A stretch of DNA of 64,000 bases, from NCBI GenBank assembly GCA_051294905.1, contig CM119372.1, positions 1,116,001 to 1,180,000 of the forward strand, read 5' to 3'. Of the stretch, positions 13,901-27,204 are shown one piece after another. The position numbers and the translations under genes are program-made. Position 1 is the first letter of the stretch. Each line of letters begins with the position of its first letter. Source of the DNA: Botryllus schlosseri (lineage: Eukaryota). The notes beneath the pieces are model-generated. The model saw nothing but the letters and a program-made list of their open reading frames with translations. It searched no databases and was not told the DNA's origin.

Positions 13901-16900
13901 GACAATTCGTAAATTCAAATTCCACGTCGACGGCCGCTAACACCTACTAATTGAATTACGTGTCCACGGCCGCACAAATTTGCTTCTACGGCCGCAGGTT
14001 GGCCACCCTTGTCAAACAGGTACCACCCCTGTCATACAGGTACCACCATGTCTGCTTCTCTCTGATCAATCAACACACGATGCAATCCTTCATCAAGATT
14101 TCCAGGCGTTCAATAAGCCCGGTACCCCAAATTTACCAAGATATCAATGCATTAGGATTAAGTAGGTGACGAGATAGCGTGGTTATTAAACTGTGCGGCC
14201 TGTCTATCTCGATATTGAATTCATGCGGGCCGCGGCCTCGAAACTTGAAATTGGCCTGCGACCCGTTTTCAGTTGGCGACACCTGGCATAATCGGTGTCT
14301 TACAAAAGCCTATACGTGTGCGCCGTGCTACAAGTCGACGGTTACGGAATCAAAAATAAGAAATATCGGCCTGGTGTAAATGACCATTGTCGTCGACAAA
14401 CACCATTATTACCACAAATGACATTAGGGTTCAATACATCGTAAATGCCAATAATGCAAGTCTTCTCGCTTCGACGAACTTACGCGTAAGCTCCACCCTC
14501 GCTCGCTGTGCATACATGTGTATAAAAACATACAATCACTAAAATGGATGTGAGCAAGTAGTGGGGAATCTCGGAAGACTGGGGCCGGCGGGCCACATTA
14601 TCATGTAAGACGAAAAACTGTCCGCGGGCCGGACAAAATCCCTTCGCGGGCCGGATCCGGCCCGCGGGCCGTATGTTGCCCACCCCTGGCCTACAATATA
14701 CCTACAATGTCCGACATTTTTACTTACTTTTAACCCTTACGAGGTGGAGCCATATTTTGCAGAATTGACCTTCACTTTTCAAATTCCCACCGTGACCCTA
14801 CCAATACTTGAATCTAGGTCGTTTCTGTTTGAAAGTGGGCGGAGTATGGACACCCAATGACATGTCTCTCTCTCTCAATTTTCAAGGCTGACCCTCAGGA
14901 GGGCGTCAGAGAGAGAAATATGATGCTTCAGTGCGTAGCCACTGTTGCCTGGTTTCCAACAAGCCGTCAACCATGGTTGTAAACCGCGTGGCTCGTCAGA
15001 TATCGAAAAATGGAAAATACATATAAAATTTACAAATGGGCGTGGTCAATGAGTGATCATCAACGTCAAGTTCATGATCAAGACTCAATCAGCCCCTGCC
15101 GTCCGGTTTATGGCATAAAACAACGCAATTTGCTTTCTTTTTTTCATTTACAACCATTTGCAGGCATAGTAAACCAGTTTATGACTCATATGCAGTCTGA
15201 ATTTGCACTTGAACTTGGCCTAGATCTTGAAATTCACTGAAACGTGGTCAAAATTAACAAATCCTCCTCAGAAAACTCTCCAGAACACGTTTTGATGTTT
15301 GAAACGATGAATATTTACACAGAATACCGTACATGTCGACTTCTGATGTTCTGGCAGATTTTCCGACAATATTTTCCACTTGGAAAATATCTGGAAATTT
15401 TAGGTGATAACCATTTTTTCCCTTTTAAAATTATTTTTATACTATTTTTGCAAACCAAAATTTTTGAGTAAGGTACCAAATGCATCGAAAAAGTCTCAGC
15501 TTTTCAAAAAACGTAGTTCTCGATGTCTAGGGCGTGTCAACATGGAGAAACCGGTGTCGGAGACATGCCATATCACATATGATACACCCACCTCGTAAGG
15601 GTTAAATCGCTACTTCTAATTCTACTCCAGTGCCGACGATGACTTCTTTGACCATGGACTTCTGAATGCCAGTCATTTAATTTTAATTTAATTTCCGAAA
15701 TGTTTCTATACTCATTTAAATTTTTATCTAATTTACGGTCTTCCTGAAAATGTGACAGGAGAAGTGTTTCGAGCGAAACGAGCCAACATTGGTTCACGGA
15801 CATTAGTGATTCTCGTGATTATGAGAACGAGCTATGATTTGATATGAACTGTACTTGATTTTTGTTGTATTTCTTTATAACTCGAAATTGAATTCAATTC
15901 CAAAGTATTTGGGAATTCCGTAATTCAAATACTAATATAGAAAAAATGTGTAGCTACAATTCTGCAAAGCTGGAAATTTTCAAATTGTCCGACTCTGTAC
16001 TTACCTGAAGTAAATGGAGCCGAAGTTGGGATTGGGCGGCAATCGATGCTGCACCACGTCGAGAATATCGGGAAGCATTCCTCGTCTGCGTTGCAACTGT
16101 CGCAAGACTGTTCTATGACTGGAAAACGTAAAAGGAGAAGAGTATGGTGGACTATAAGCGCAAACACGCTGGATTAATGTGATGAATAGTGCTTAGTTGC
16201 CACGGCATTGTGCACCAGAAACGCGTCTATTGCTTGCCCTGTAAATCGCTTGTCACACGTCCCTTTTCCAGTCTGTATAACATCGAGACGAGTCACCATA
16301 TATCAGATCCGAAAAGATGACACCTTTTTCAAGATTCAATAATCAACATAAAACGGGGAATTTTTGCAGATAATCGTGACCCTATGTGAGTCGACCTCTT
16401 TTTAGTCAACCGTCGAGGCAACGCATGAAACCCCCCGTTTTCACGTGTTTTGTGTCGGGTTGACCTTTTACAGCCTTCGCTGCGTAATCGCCTAAAACTA
16501 AAGGCAAAAAAGAGGACGGCTTGAGAAAAAAGATATTTCGGCGTTCTCGGAGGCCATTTTACTTTTATTGAAAAAAGAGGACAAATCGTCCTAAAAGAGA
16601 GCTGTATCTCTAATATAAAAAGTCGAGAGGCTGCGTGTATGTATCATTCTAATTCTATAAAATAATTGGGAAAAGTTCAAAATTTTCCAGTTGTTTATTT
16701 CTGTCCGTAGGTGAGTAATCTATAAAGTGCCAATAACCGATCACTTCACCAATCATTGCATGTCTCACGAAGCTTACCTGAAATGCAGAAAAACGGGAGT
16801 GCCGTCGTGCAGTCGACTGGATAATAGATTACACCAGTAGAATTCGGTTCAATGGCTATGCACGAGACGTCGCCTGTAGGACGGGTGCCGTTTCTCCATT

Positions 16901-18408
16901 GGATATTTTCGTTGATAATGTCCTCATCTATGTACAGCTGACCCGATACTAAAAATTAAAGAGTGTAAATGAAATGAACGATTTGTTGTATACCTATACA
17001 CTAAGCGCGCACGTAAGAAAAGATCGACGCGCATGCCAGTGTATAGTCTACCTTCAGTATTACCGGACCACATTCTAACATGTCTACCTCGCCTACTGAT
17101 ACATGCCGCATTCATTTCCGTCGCTTCCTTTTATGTCATCCTTTCTTAAATCCAGTGTGGAATGTGCGTGCAGCCGTGCATGCCTCTTATTTACATGCTG
17201 TAGGCCAAGATGTGTGTGTGCGATTAAAAGAACTGCTGTCAAACGTCCGAGGTTTATCTGGCCTGATCTTGCGTCTTTACGAAATGAAATTAATGGAATA
17301 AAAAACGTCTAAAAAGAAATACAAGTAGACTAGTTCCACTGTTATACATCGGGTGGGGAATGCTACATCGAGAGACCAAACTGTCGTTTGGACAGCACCC
17401 TATTCATTATATTGCATTGGGTCGCGTGTATCGCATTGTACACTGTGTGTCTTCGCCGTATAAAAATAATAAAGCCAATGGTTACGATTATGATAGTTAG
17501 GAATTCAGATTCAGGACACGCGGACGCGGCCGGGGTAAAATACAATGTCTTTGTCCGATGAAATACCATCGCATCACCGTATTCAAATATTGACATGACA
17601 TGACATGACCCTCCATTCCAGGTGGTCGGGTCGCTATAAAGAATAGTGCTATTGAGAATTTGTTTGAGCGCCTATTTGAAGGTCGTTGCTGAAGCTTTTG
17701 AGGCGTGTAAGTGTGGCATTCGTGCTCTATACTGCCGCCTATGGTACTACCTATGGCAGTAATGGCAGCGATACCTGGTGGATTCATATCCTATTTTGGA
17801 CTGGCTGCTTCCAGAGCTGGAATTATCTAGTTGTCCAAGTTTGTTACGGACTAATGTCTATCTTTATTTCAGGTAAGGCTTGAAAAAATTGAGCGCTTTG
17901 ATTGATTTGATTCTGAATCGGGTGTTAGACTTTGAGTCGAGTCGAGTATCACTCATTGTCACAACAATATGAAAAAAGTGAAAAGTTCAGATATGTACTT
18001 TTTATATGCGATCACAAAGCATATATTGCAAGTTCCACATCCCAATAAAGACAATTCGGTGTTTCTTCAACTATACTTATTTCATTGACCTTTGTGACAC
18101 CTGACACTGCTGTGGGTTTATCACGTGATCACGAATACTCTATCCATAGTGCCCAGTGACCACAGCGCCCTAATTGCAGGCTTCCTTTTGATATTACGAA
18201 TGAAACTCATTAAACTCACTCGTTGTGAATGAAGTCATGTAGGCCACTTTGTTGTAATATCGCGCCAACCCCTCGAAGTCTTTCACCCAGTCTTTTTTCG
18301 GCGCCAGAGCAGTCACTGGTCCGCTACAGCATTCTTGGGCGCCAGTCTTGGTCTTCAAACTGCTGTAAACCACGTGCCGGCATTGCGAAGCGTCAGTCGA
18401 TTCACCAG
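10982..18408 (-). CDS. Type I membrane protein: C-type lectin-like domain, Cys-rich module, Thr/Ser-rich stalk, TM helix, cytoplasmic tail; signal-peptide exon not located
   Basis: Phase-1 exons with canonical splice sites: 18408-18220 (QCRHVVYSSLKTKTGAQECC...), 16927-16778 (IQWRNGTRPTGDVSCIAIE...PVDCTTALPFFC), 16118-16005 (SCDSCNADEECFPIFSTWCSIDCRP), 12514-12344 (Thr-rich), 11274-10982 (PPWGAIFGGIGGFIVILVIIGLSIRWRKYRR...DQDPKY*). Confidence 0.75.
11958..12090 (+). mobile_element. tRNA-derived SINE, copy of 6068-6210
   Basis: Shared sequence including GGTTGCGGGTTCGAGTC and GACTCCAGAATTCCTAC. Confidence 0.6.
13116..14688. mobile_element. hAT-type MITE with a nested MITE at 13340-14011
   Basis: CAGGGGCGGGCAAC...GTTGCCCACCCCTG; perfect TSD GCCTACAA. 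Inner element has TSD TCATACAG/TCAAACAG. Confidence 0.8.
14734..15601. mobile_element. piggyBac-type non-autonomous element
   Basis: TTAA|CCCTTACGAGGTGG...CCACCTCGTAAGGG|TTAA. Confidence 0.8.
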
Positions 18409-18545
18409 CTGCAAACAGAACACAGGAGTTATGTACATTATTCATAGGGTGGGAATAACGATTCGAGTTTCGAATCCGTAGCGACTATCAATTTTGATAA
18501 TTTGAGTTGAATAGCGACTAACCGCAGTTCCTAAACATAATAGAC

Positions 18546-19308
18546 GAGCTTCTTGGAGGTACAGAACTTCAATATATAATTGAATAGTTTACTCATATTG
18601 AAATGAACCCGAATATTTTCGGCTGACACTCGTCAGGGGTAATCGGCAGCAATTAGTAGAGACTTGGAAAGAACATTGTATATCGACAATCGTATCACAA
18701 AATATTTGGTCACCAGCATGAAATTTCGAATGAGAGAGCGTTCAATGTACTAATCCCAGGTGGTACACGAACTCCTGTTGACAGAGTTTGGGTTGGTGTA
18801 TTTTGATAACAGTCGACTACAAGGCACACAAATGGAAGTGTGAACGGCCCCTCCCAATAACGCGAAATCTGTCGTCTCGTAATGCACGTGCACGCTCGGT
18901 GAAAAGCTCACCCTTAACTCATCCACTCAAGCTTGATGCTGAGGGATCAAAGACTATTAATTCTGCAATCGGCAAACATCTGTTGGATAATCCGATTTGT
19001 GCGAATAATTATCGAGACGACAGATTTCGCGAGGAGAGGGGCCATTCACACTTCCATTTGTGTGCCTTGGGGTCGACTTTTATCAAAATACACCAACCGA
19101 AACTCTGTCAAGAAGAGTTCGTGTACCACCTGGGATTAGTACATTGAACGCTCTCTCATTCGAAATTTCATGCTGGTGACCAAATATTTTGTGATACGAT
19201 TGTCGATATACAATGTTCTTTCCAAATCTCTACTCATTGCTGACGATGACCCCTGACTAGTGTCAGCCGAAAATATTCGGGTTCATTCCAATATGAATAT
19301 ACTATTCA
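18546..19308. mobile_element. Penelope-like element 3' fragment with inverted terminal copy
   Basis: ORF 18788-19147 ends SAIGKHLLDNPICANNYRDDRF...HFHLCALGSTFIKIHQPKLCQEEFVYHL, like the C-terminus of a PLE GIY-YIG endonuclease; ~18576-18878 is inverted relative to ~19013-19308. Confidence 0.75.
18607..18640 (-). ncRNA. Minimal type I hammerhead ribozyme motif (Penelope-associated)
   Basis: Minus strand reads ACCC-CTGACGA-G TGTCAGC C-GAAA-ATAT-TC-GGGT. Confidence 0.65.
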
Positions 19309-21919
19309 GACATAAAAGAGGAAACTAGAAATTGCCAAATTTATGTATTCGTTCCATTTCGGTCACGGCCTCGAAAAATTCAATGACTTTTTTACCTCGG
19401 AAATCAAAAGCTCATTAATAGTACAACCCACGCGAGCCTGTCCTGTCCAACTATCATGTGTGGAAACACAATGCTCTATCAAGAATACGCCTATGCCGGG
19501 CCACGACATATAGAACAGTATTTCGACAGGTGGTGCATGTCCGTCCAGTCCACATTCAAGTCCAGATACAAACTGTTTCTACTGAATGAAAACTAGTCAG
19601 CGCTCGAGATTTCCGGGCCAATATCTGACATATCCAACTTGCCTTCCGACATATGCCACCTTATTCTGGTCGCCTGCCTTTTTATGTACTAATATGACTT
19701 CTTATCCAGCGTACAGGCCAAGTCGTTTCGCCACTCCCTATCTTTCATTATATGGCAATTTTGTGGTGTTATTATCTCATGAAAATTTCAATAATACGAC
19801 TGAGTGACTGGTCCTGGAGATACCAATTTCAGGTCTACATATAGATGTTGGCGGCTTGATGCTGACAGTTGCATCATGAGTCTGTCAGCGTCAAACGATA
19901 ACTTTTATGAGAAATACATAAGAAAAAAGTGCTCACGTTGACAATCCGAGGATGCGAAAATCCGACCTGCTTCATAACAGATTGACAAGATCAGAATATA
20001 GCAATTCATCGCCGTCTAATATATCGTATGTAGGATTATAATAAAAGAAAATATCAAATGTCCTGTTCTATACGGCCACGAGACAAAAGATTCATCTCGA
20101 AATCAAAACATAAAACGGTATACCGATAGAGAATTGAAATTCCTCGCCGAGAAGCGTGAAACATTATCCCACATCATGAATAATGGTCGACGTCACGACC
20201 CCATTATAAGGTGTTCATGCCTTCCTTAACTAAATATCTGACTCCTGCTATCCGACTGGTAAACATACACACGGCGAGCAACCTTCGCCCAAAGATAGTT
20301 GGCGAGAATGAATTAAACTCCTAATCTTCAGTAGAGTCAAATTGTTATTACAATACAATGCATATGAAGACGACAGATTACAGATAACAGAATCGTGCAA
20401 AATGAAGAATTGGATACCTAATAGGCTACAAGGCCTAGATTATTATATTATAATTGTGGTTTTGCGTGATTCTTCGTCACCTGGTTGGTTTGTTGCGTCA
20501 CGTTGTTCCATTTTAGATTAACTTATTACGATTACGAGATACTACGAATTCCGTACGTGTGGTCGCTAGTTAGGACAGAGAAAATAGGTTTGATCAGCAG
20601 TTATATTCTCAACCTTCTTCATATCATTTCATCTGATGGGAACATTATCAACTTCAAATACCCTCATTTCAAAAAGTAATACTATTGTTGCTCGGAGTAA
20701 TAAATAAAAAATATATATAAAATGAAATCAGAATCTGCATTTGAGCGTGCGTTTCAAGTATAATTATGGACAAAGCTGATTCTGCTCTTCTGCCAACAAC
20801 ATGTCGTTTAATGTTCGGACACTGTAATGAAATCGATTGATATTTACAATGTCTCCAACTCTCCACTTCAGCGAACTCTTGCTTTTTGCGGTTCGTTTTC
20901 TTGTGTACCTTGAGTCGGCATTGCTGTACTTAGTACAGCAAATAACAAATAATGTTCTAACTCACTTCTTCAATAAAATTTCAAAATCGTCTTCTTTTGC
21001 TTGGTATCTACAAACAATTTTTACTGAATCAATACTAGTCAGCCCTCTACAGTTTACCGGACCACGACCTGGCAATACGATCTCGCCTTTCAGCACATGC
21101 CACTTTTTCACGTGTCCTTCTATATTATCTTATTTTACTTTTCATTCAGTGTGCAACCGTGCATGCCTTCGTTTTTTATATCGCCAAGGCCATGTGTCTG
21201 ATTTCGAAGACTACTCCAAGTCGTTTCGACACCTTCCTATCTTTCATTGCATCGCAGTCTTGTGGTGTATTGAAATGATGAAATTGTTAGCAATCAATTG
21301 AATGGAATAGAATCTCACGTGACTTTACAACCTTATCCCGTTCAACTAGTAGACTATATAGAAACAAGGGGAGTGGAACGTTTACTATAAACGGGCAAGA
21401 TAATTAAGGCTGGATGGGTGAAACCACGCGTCGCACGTTTGTACTATAGGACCGGAAACAATGATTCAAATACTTGCATCTGAACTGAGTATTAATTCTA
21501 ATGATTCGAGTACGGTATTGATAGTTGTTTTCTCCGAGTACTGAAATTATACGCTCCTTGTCACTAAGAATTAATTAATCAACGAGAATTATAGTTTCGA
21601 TACTATTTTTCAATTTGGAATGCTGTAAATTTCGATAGGTCAATCACAGCATACGGAAAATACAGTACAAAGCTACGCACGTTAGTAGAAATGAAATATC
21701 TCTGAAGTCTTGGTCAATCCACAGCATTGTATCAAAGTGCAATGAAGTAGCTGTGTGACCGAAAATGTGCCAAGTAGTAATAGACAGAGTATCGCCATGC
21801 GGACCAATGGGCTTAGAGTATTTAATCACGTGACATCTCTTAGCCAATCAGAACGCAGAACATTATGTGCGTGTTTCCAATACGAGAGAGGTTTTGGTTG
21901 TGTGAGAGATAGCATAGTT

Positions 21920-22489
21920 CCAGTTCAGTAACGCTGAGATATTATTACATCATTATTGCGTAAGTTGATTACCTTCATTATGATTGCGTATTGCAGTTGA
22001 AGCATGTCCAGTAATGATTACGTCATTATGATTGCGTAGTTGATGACCTTAGTTATTACGAGAGCGGCTTTGCTTGGTTCCAGTAACGCTGAGATATGAT
22101 TACGTCATTATTGCGTAAGTTGATCGCCTTATTTGTTATTGTAGTTGAACCAAGTGCAAGGCAATATATAACGTGTAATATTTATTACATGATTATTCGC
22201 TGTACGCTGTAGATCGAATATGTCTGAGATTACTGCTAATGATATATACGTCATAATGAATCGGATTGACCCGATAAACTGGTATAGGTTCGCACGTGAA
22301 AAACGTAAGTTGATCGCCTTATTTGTTATTGCAGTTGAACCAAGTGCAAGACAATATATATAACGTGTAATATTTATTACATGATTATTCGCTGTACGCT
22401 ATAGATTGAATATGTCCAAGATTACTGCTAATGATATATACGTCATAATGGATCGATTTGACCCGATGAACTGGTATAGGTTTGCACGT
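21920..22489. repeat. Subterminal tandem repeats (short ATTACGTCATTA/TTGCGTA units and a ~190-bp direct duplication); mirrored at ~39073-39642
   Basis: ~22114-22298 is repeated at ~22304-22489; TACGTCAT recurs several times. Confidence 0.8.
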
Positions 22490-22552
22490 CCCACGTGAAC
22501 ACTTGCTCATTGGAACTTAAGCCCAACGCCTTAACCACTCGGCCAACCCAGT
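22490..22552 (-). pseudogene. Truncated tRNA-Leu(UAA), left-arm copy
   Basis: Reverse complement of 39010-39072. Confidence 0.75.
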
Positions 22553-24046
22553 AGTCATTTACGGCATTTAGCCTCAGCTATGCAACTAGTATTTAGAGAT
22601 AGCAGTGATATCCACCGAGTCATTTACGTTTTTGATATTATAGAGTATACGATTGAATCGCTACGAGTAACGCACTGTTATCTAACTCATTGGGGAATAG
22701 ATTTTTCAATGGAGTATTTAGAGCTAGCAATGCTGTATGGGATCCACTAAGTTCGAACAGCTGCGTTTTGTTATTGTTGAGTATCGCACAGTTGTCATTA
22801 GGGAATAGATTTTCAACGGTTTAGATACGCTTAGTAGATAAACTGCGATTATGCCTTGATTAAGCCTGCCTCTTTCTGGATGTTTTGTGATGTGAAAAAT
22901 GGCTCTGAGATCATGGCTGAAAAGTACCCACTATCATTTGCCGGAAAAACTGTTGTCGTAAAATTTGGAGATAAACTTTACGATCCGTCAGTAGAAGCGT
23001 TGAATAGTCATGGTCGTACACTCTTAGCGAAAAGAGTGGTTATACACACCCCAAAAGGTGGTACACGAAAACAGAACTTACGTAACCCTGCCGGTGTATA
23101 TGACCAGATTCACCCCCTTCCTTGCGGTGTACATCGGATATTTCACCCTACCCATTAGAATTGATAGGGGTTCAATTTCAATATATACACCCTACTTGAT
23201 ATCCTGTATCTTCTTCCAAATGGCACACTATTGCAAATACACAGTCTTGATTGCATATATTCGATATCAATTGAACCATAATAACATAAAATGGAAACAT
23301 ATTTCGTGAAATAACAAAAACAGAGATCCCAGCGACGGAGAAAAAAATTCACTGAAAATACTGCTCGAAGAACATCGCCCATGTAATATCGGGAAGTCGC
23401 CTCCTCCAGGTTTTCTCAAAACACTCTTGTACGGCGAAGGTTGAGTCACTTTTTTCAGCAAGAACTTGTGGCATCATCCTGAAATCAAAATGCATATTCA
23501 CAACCCAATTAACAGGCACATATGTTAACATTCATAACTTAACGAAAGACCACATAAATACAAGCCGTTACGAAGTATATATATTTTCACAAAGTACTTA
23601 CAAAAAATCAGATGTTTCACTTGCTAAGGCATTGCAGCACAGACTGTGGCCCGATAGGGTGAACTTACCGCTATAGGAAACATATTCACACACGATCACT
23701 GTACGTGTGGGCAATTAGGCATCGACAAGATGGAAATTTATGGATAGTTTTCATGAAAACCGCCTGTAACAGGCAGACTTGGACAACTAGAAAACGTTCC
23801 CTTTTTCCAAATTAGATTGGAATTAGATTACAACTACAAGTTTTTTTTTCGAATTAGAGTAGAATTAAAATTATAGCTACACAGTTTGAAATTAGATTAA
23901 AATTATAATTCTAGCTAACAGTTTTTTTTTTCAAATTAGATTAGAATTAGAATTACTCAAATCGCGAAAAGTTGAACCAAACTCCGTTAATATCAAATCT
24001 TAGTTCATCTTATGAGCATGAGAATAGCAAATGTCTGTACACTGTA

Positions 24047-24696
24047 CAGTAGGGGTGTTCAAAAATGACTTTTTCTTCCAAATTCTATTGGCTACTTGAT
24101 AACATCGTTAGGTTACCTAATTGAAGCCTGCACACCAGATTTTATTCGATTCCAACCAGTAGCCGCATTGCTACAGGAGAAGAAAGTTTTTTATTTATTA
24201 TATGAAAATGAATAAAAAAAAGATTAAAAATTTTCTGTTCACCCCATTAAATTGTTAGGTTGTCTATAGAAACAATGCTCAACCGATTTGGCTCAATTCC
24301 AACCAGTGGAAGCGGAGTTATCGGCGTCGCAAAATTTTGGATTTGAATAAAATAGTATTTACGGTGACCGATTCTTTAATCATTTATTACAATTGTGCCC
24401 ACCGTAAATACTAATTTAGTCAAATCCAAATTTTTCGACTGGTTCGAATTGAGTCAAATTTGGTGGGCATCGTTTCTATAGACAACCTTACAATTTCGTG
24501 GGTGAACAGAAAATTTCGAATTTTTTTTACTAATTTTTAAATAATAAATAAAAAACTTTCTTCTCCTGTAGCAATGCGGCTACTGGTTGGAATTGAACCA
24601 AATTTGGTGTGTAGGCTTCAATTCGGTAATCTAACAATTTTATCAAGTAGCCAGTAGAATTTGAGAATAAGAAGTCATTTTTAACACCCCTACTGT
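24047..24696. mobile_element. Palindromic MITE within the arm (mirror ~36864-37513)
   Basis: CAGTAGGGGTGTT...AACACCCCTACTG flanked by TA, with long internal inverted arms. Confidence 0.7.
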
Positions 24697-25907
24697 ACAG
24701 CAAGCTTGGCTTGTTTCGCACTATACAGTTCTCCTGTAGCATTTCCAGGAAAACCAGACATTAGATTAGAATTAAAATTAGAGCATAGAAAGATTTCATA
24801 CATTCGATTAGAATTGGAATTAGAGCATAGACATTGCGCATTACGCAACGCTCAGCGTTGGATGAATATTCTGTTTAGAGATAAATTTGCAATAAAACGT
24901 ACATTTCGATCACATCATTTTTATGCTTGGGAGATATTATTAACTGTACATGTGTATTTGATTGTGTAAAATGTGTTATAGAAGTCAGTCGACGGAAGTG
25001 AATAGACAAGTCTGAACATGTATATTACAGCATGTTAGAGATAGATTGTGCAATAACCGTTTTCGCTGAGTCATAAAACAAAACAAAATGGGAAGTAGGA
25101 GTGATTTGCTAGTTTGACGCACGTGAAATCGATATCATTATAGCGTTCATTTCATAAAAAGTCAATTTTGACTTGCATAAATCATCCTCGAGACTACTCA
25201 AGGGTTAAATTACACTCAAAAGCTACGCAAGACGCTAATTTAGTATTCTAGAACTACTGAATTTTTTCGAAATCTACAACTAGAACTAGAATTACTCATT
25301 TTTCAATATCCGTAACTAAAACTAGCTTTTCCAAATTATAAAAACCTTGATCAATGTGTATGACAGCTTTGGGTGTAAATCAAGAAGTAAGCATAAAATA
25401 GGTGGCTACTATACTCGATAATGTTACATTGAATTCAACATCTTTATAACGAAACCGCTTGGAGATTGCGTTTAGCACAGTGCGATATCGCTCAAATATT
25501 CCATTAGCATCTCATCGTAAGGAGTCAGACTCGAGTCACGATTTTCTGATAACGTTCATTGTAATTTTGAAATCTGTGGTTAACAACACTTTAATATTTT
25601 CAAATCCAAATCCTGTTCCTGCGGGAATCTTATCGGATATATTCGCATTGGGCATTACGCAACGTTCAGCGTTGGATGAATATTCTGTTTAGAGATAAAT
25701 TTGTAATAAAACGTACATTTCGACCACATCATTTTTATGCTTGAGAGATATTATTAACTGCACATGTGTATTTGATTGTGTAAAATGTGTTATAAAAGTC
25801 AGTCGACGGAAGTGAATAAACAAGTCTGATGTACACCTACAATCTACATGACTATACATTATGCTTAAATAATTATACAATTGAATAGTATATTCATATT
25901 GAAATGA

Positions 25908-25941
25908 ACCCGAATATTTTCGGCTGACACTCGTCAGGGGT
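25908..25941 (-). ncRNA. Minimal hammerhead ribozyme motif, left arm
   Basis: Mirror of 35619-35652. Confidence 0.65.
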
Positions 25942-26426
25942 AATCGTCAGCAACTAGTAGAGAATTGGAACGAACATTGTATATCAACAATCGCATCACA
26001 AAATAGGTACCAATAGCTGTTGGGATCAATAACAGTTCAAACAGGGATCCGAATACGCTTCCGAATATACCTTCGACTGTTATTTCCGATGCATTAGCTT
26101 GCGAATGTAATCTAATATCAGGTTGTTTGTCAGCCTTAAATTCAGTGACGTAAATATTCTTGTTTTGACACCGCTGTCTAAATGTCATAAATTACCCCAC
26201 TCGCCTCACGTGCATCCACCAAACAATACCTTCGCTAATTAGTATTAGTATTGTTCCACGCATTAGCTCGCAAATGTAGTCTAATATTAGGTGTTTTGTC
26301 AGCCTTGACGTTTCACAATATCGGAGTGAATATTAGCGTTATAATTCATTAAGTTGTAGTAGGCAACTGTAATAGCATCTGTATTGCATCCGGTTTCTAT
26401 GCATCGGATATCGAGGGCTCAGTTGG

Positions 26427-27004
26427 ACTATAGATGACTAACCTACGGATAGATACGCAAGTCGCGTCGTTACGCTCCGGCAAGCAGTTACACTTGTTGC
26501 TGAGCAATCCAAAAGCAGCATAATTGGAGGAGGTATAGCTTGCGGCCCGAGGGCTGAAATGTAATGGAACTGGTCTTAATCGAGAGCTACTGCCTCACTG
26601 ATTCCGAAAATACAAATTAAAATCGTGCCGGGATATGGAACCACCTCAAAACAGCCCTCAAAGTCTGAAAATCGGCATTGTTCCAACAATGGCACCACCG
26701 CAACAGGATGAACATAACAATGGCCAATTTCGTCAAGCGATTGTTCAGAACAATGCCGATTTTCAGACTTTGAGGGATGGTTTGACATGGTTCCATTTCC
26801 TGACAAGATTTTAATTTGTATTCTCAGAATCAGTGCGACAGTAGCTCTCGATTAAGACCAATTTCAATAAATTTCACCCCTCAGGTCGCAAGTTGTGACA
26901 CCACCAATTATGCTGCTTTTAGATTGCTGAGCAATAAGTGTAACTGCTTGCCGGAGCGTAACGACGGGACTTGCGTATCTATCCGTAGGTTAGTAATCTA
27001 TAGT
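26427..27004. mobile_element. Palindromic MITE with ~270-bp arms (mirror ~34556-35133)
   Basis: ACTATAGATGACTAACCTACGGATAGATACGCAAG...CTTGCGTATCTATCCGTAGGTTAGTAATCTATAGT. Confidence 0.7.
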
Positions 27005-27204
27005 TTGACCACACCTGCTCTAAACCATAACCATAACAACTTGAGTAAGTACTGTCACTAGGCAAACCCTAGCAGAGTTATGCTCAAATTATATCAAATA
27101 TTGCATGGAATATGGCAAATGAACACGCTAAGTATTATCAAGTGAAGGAAAACGAACGCCTAATTCCCTCTAGATACATATTTATTCGGAAAATATCCCC
27201 TTAC

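Noticed and set aside
22856..23158. 100-aa ORF as a Polinton gene (mirror 38404-38706)
   Set aside because: No recognisable motif, and the second half runs into what looks like a MITE end (TACACTCTTAG). The first half could be a stray exon but I cannot support it.
23330..23480. Possible extra exon in the cargo (mirror ~38082-38232)
   Set aside because: Plausible splice sites and open frames exist on both strands, and none links convincingly to the LRR exons.
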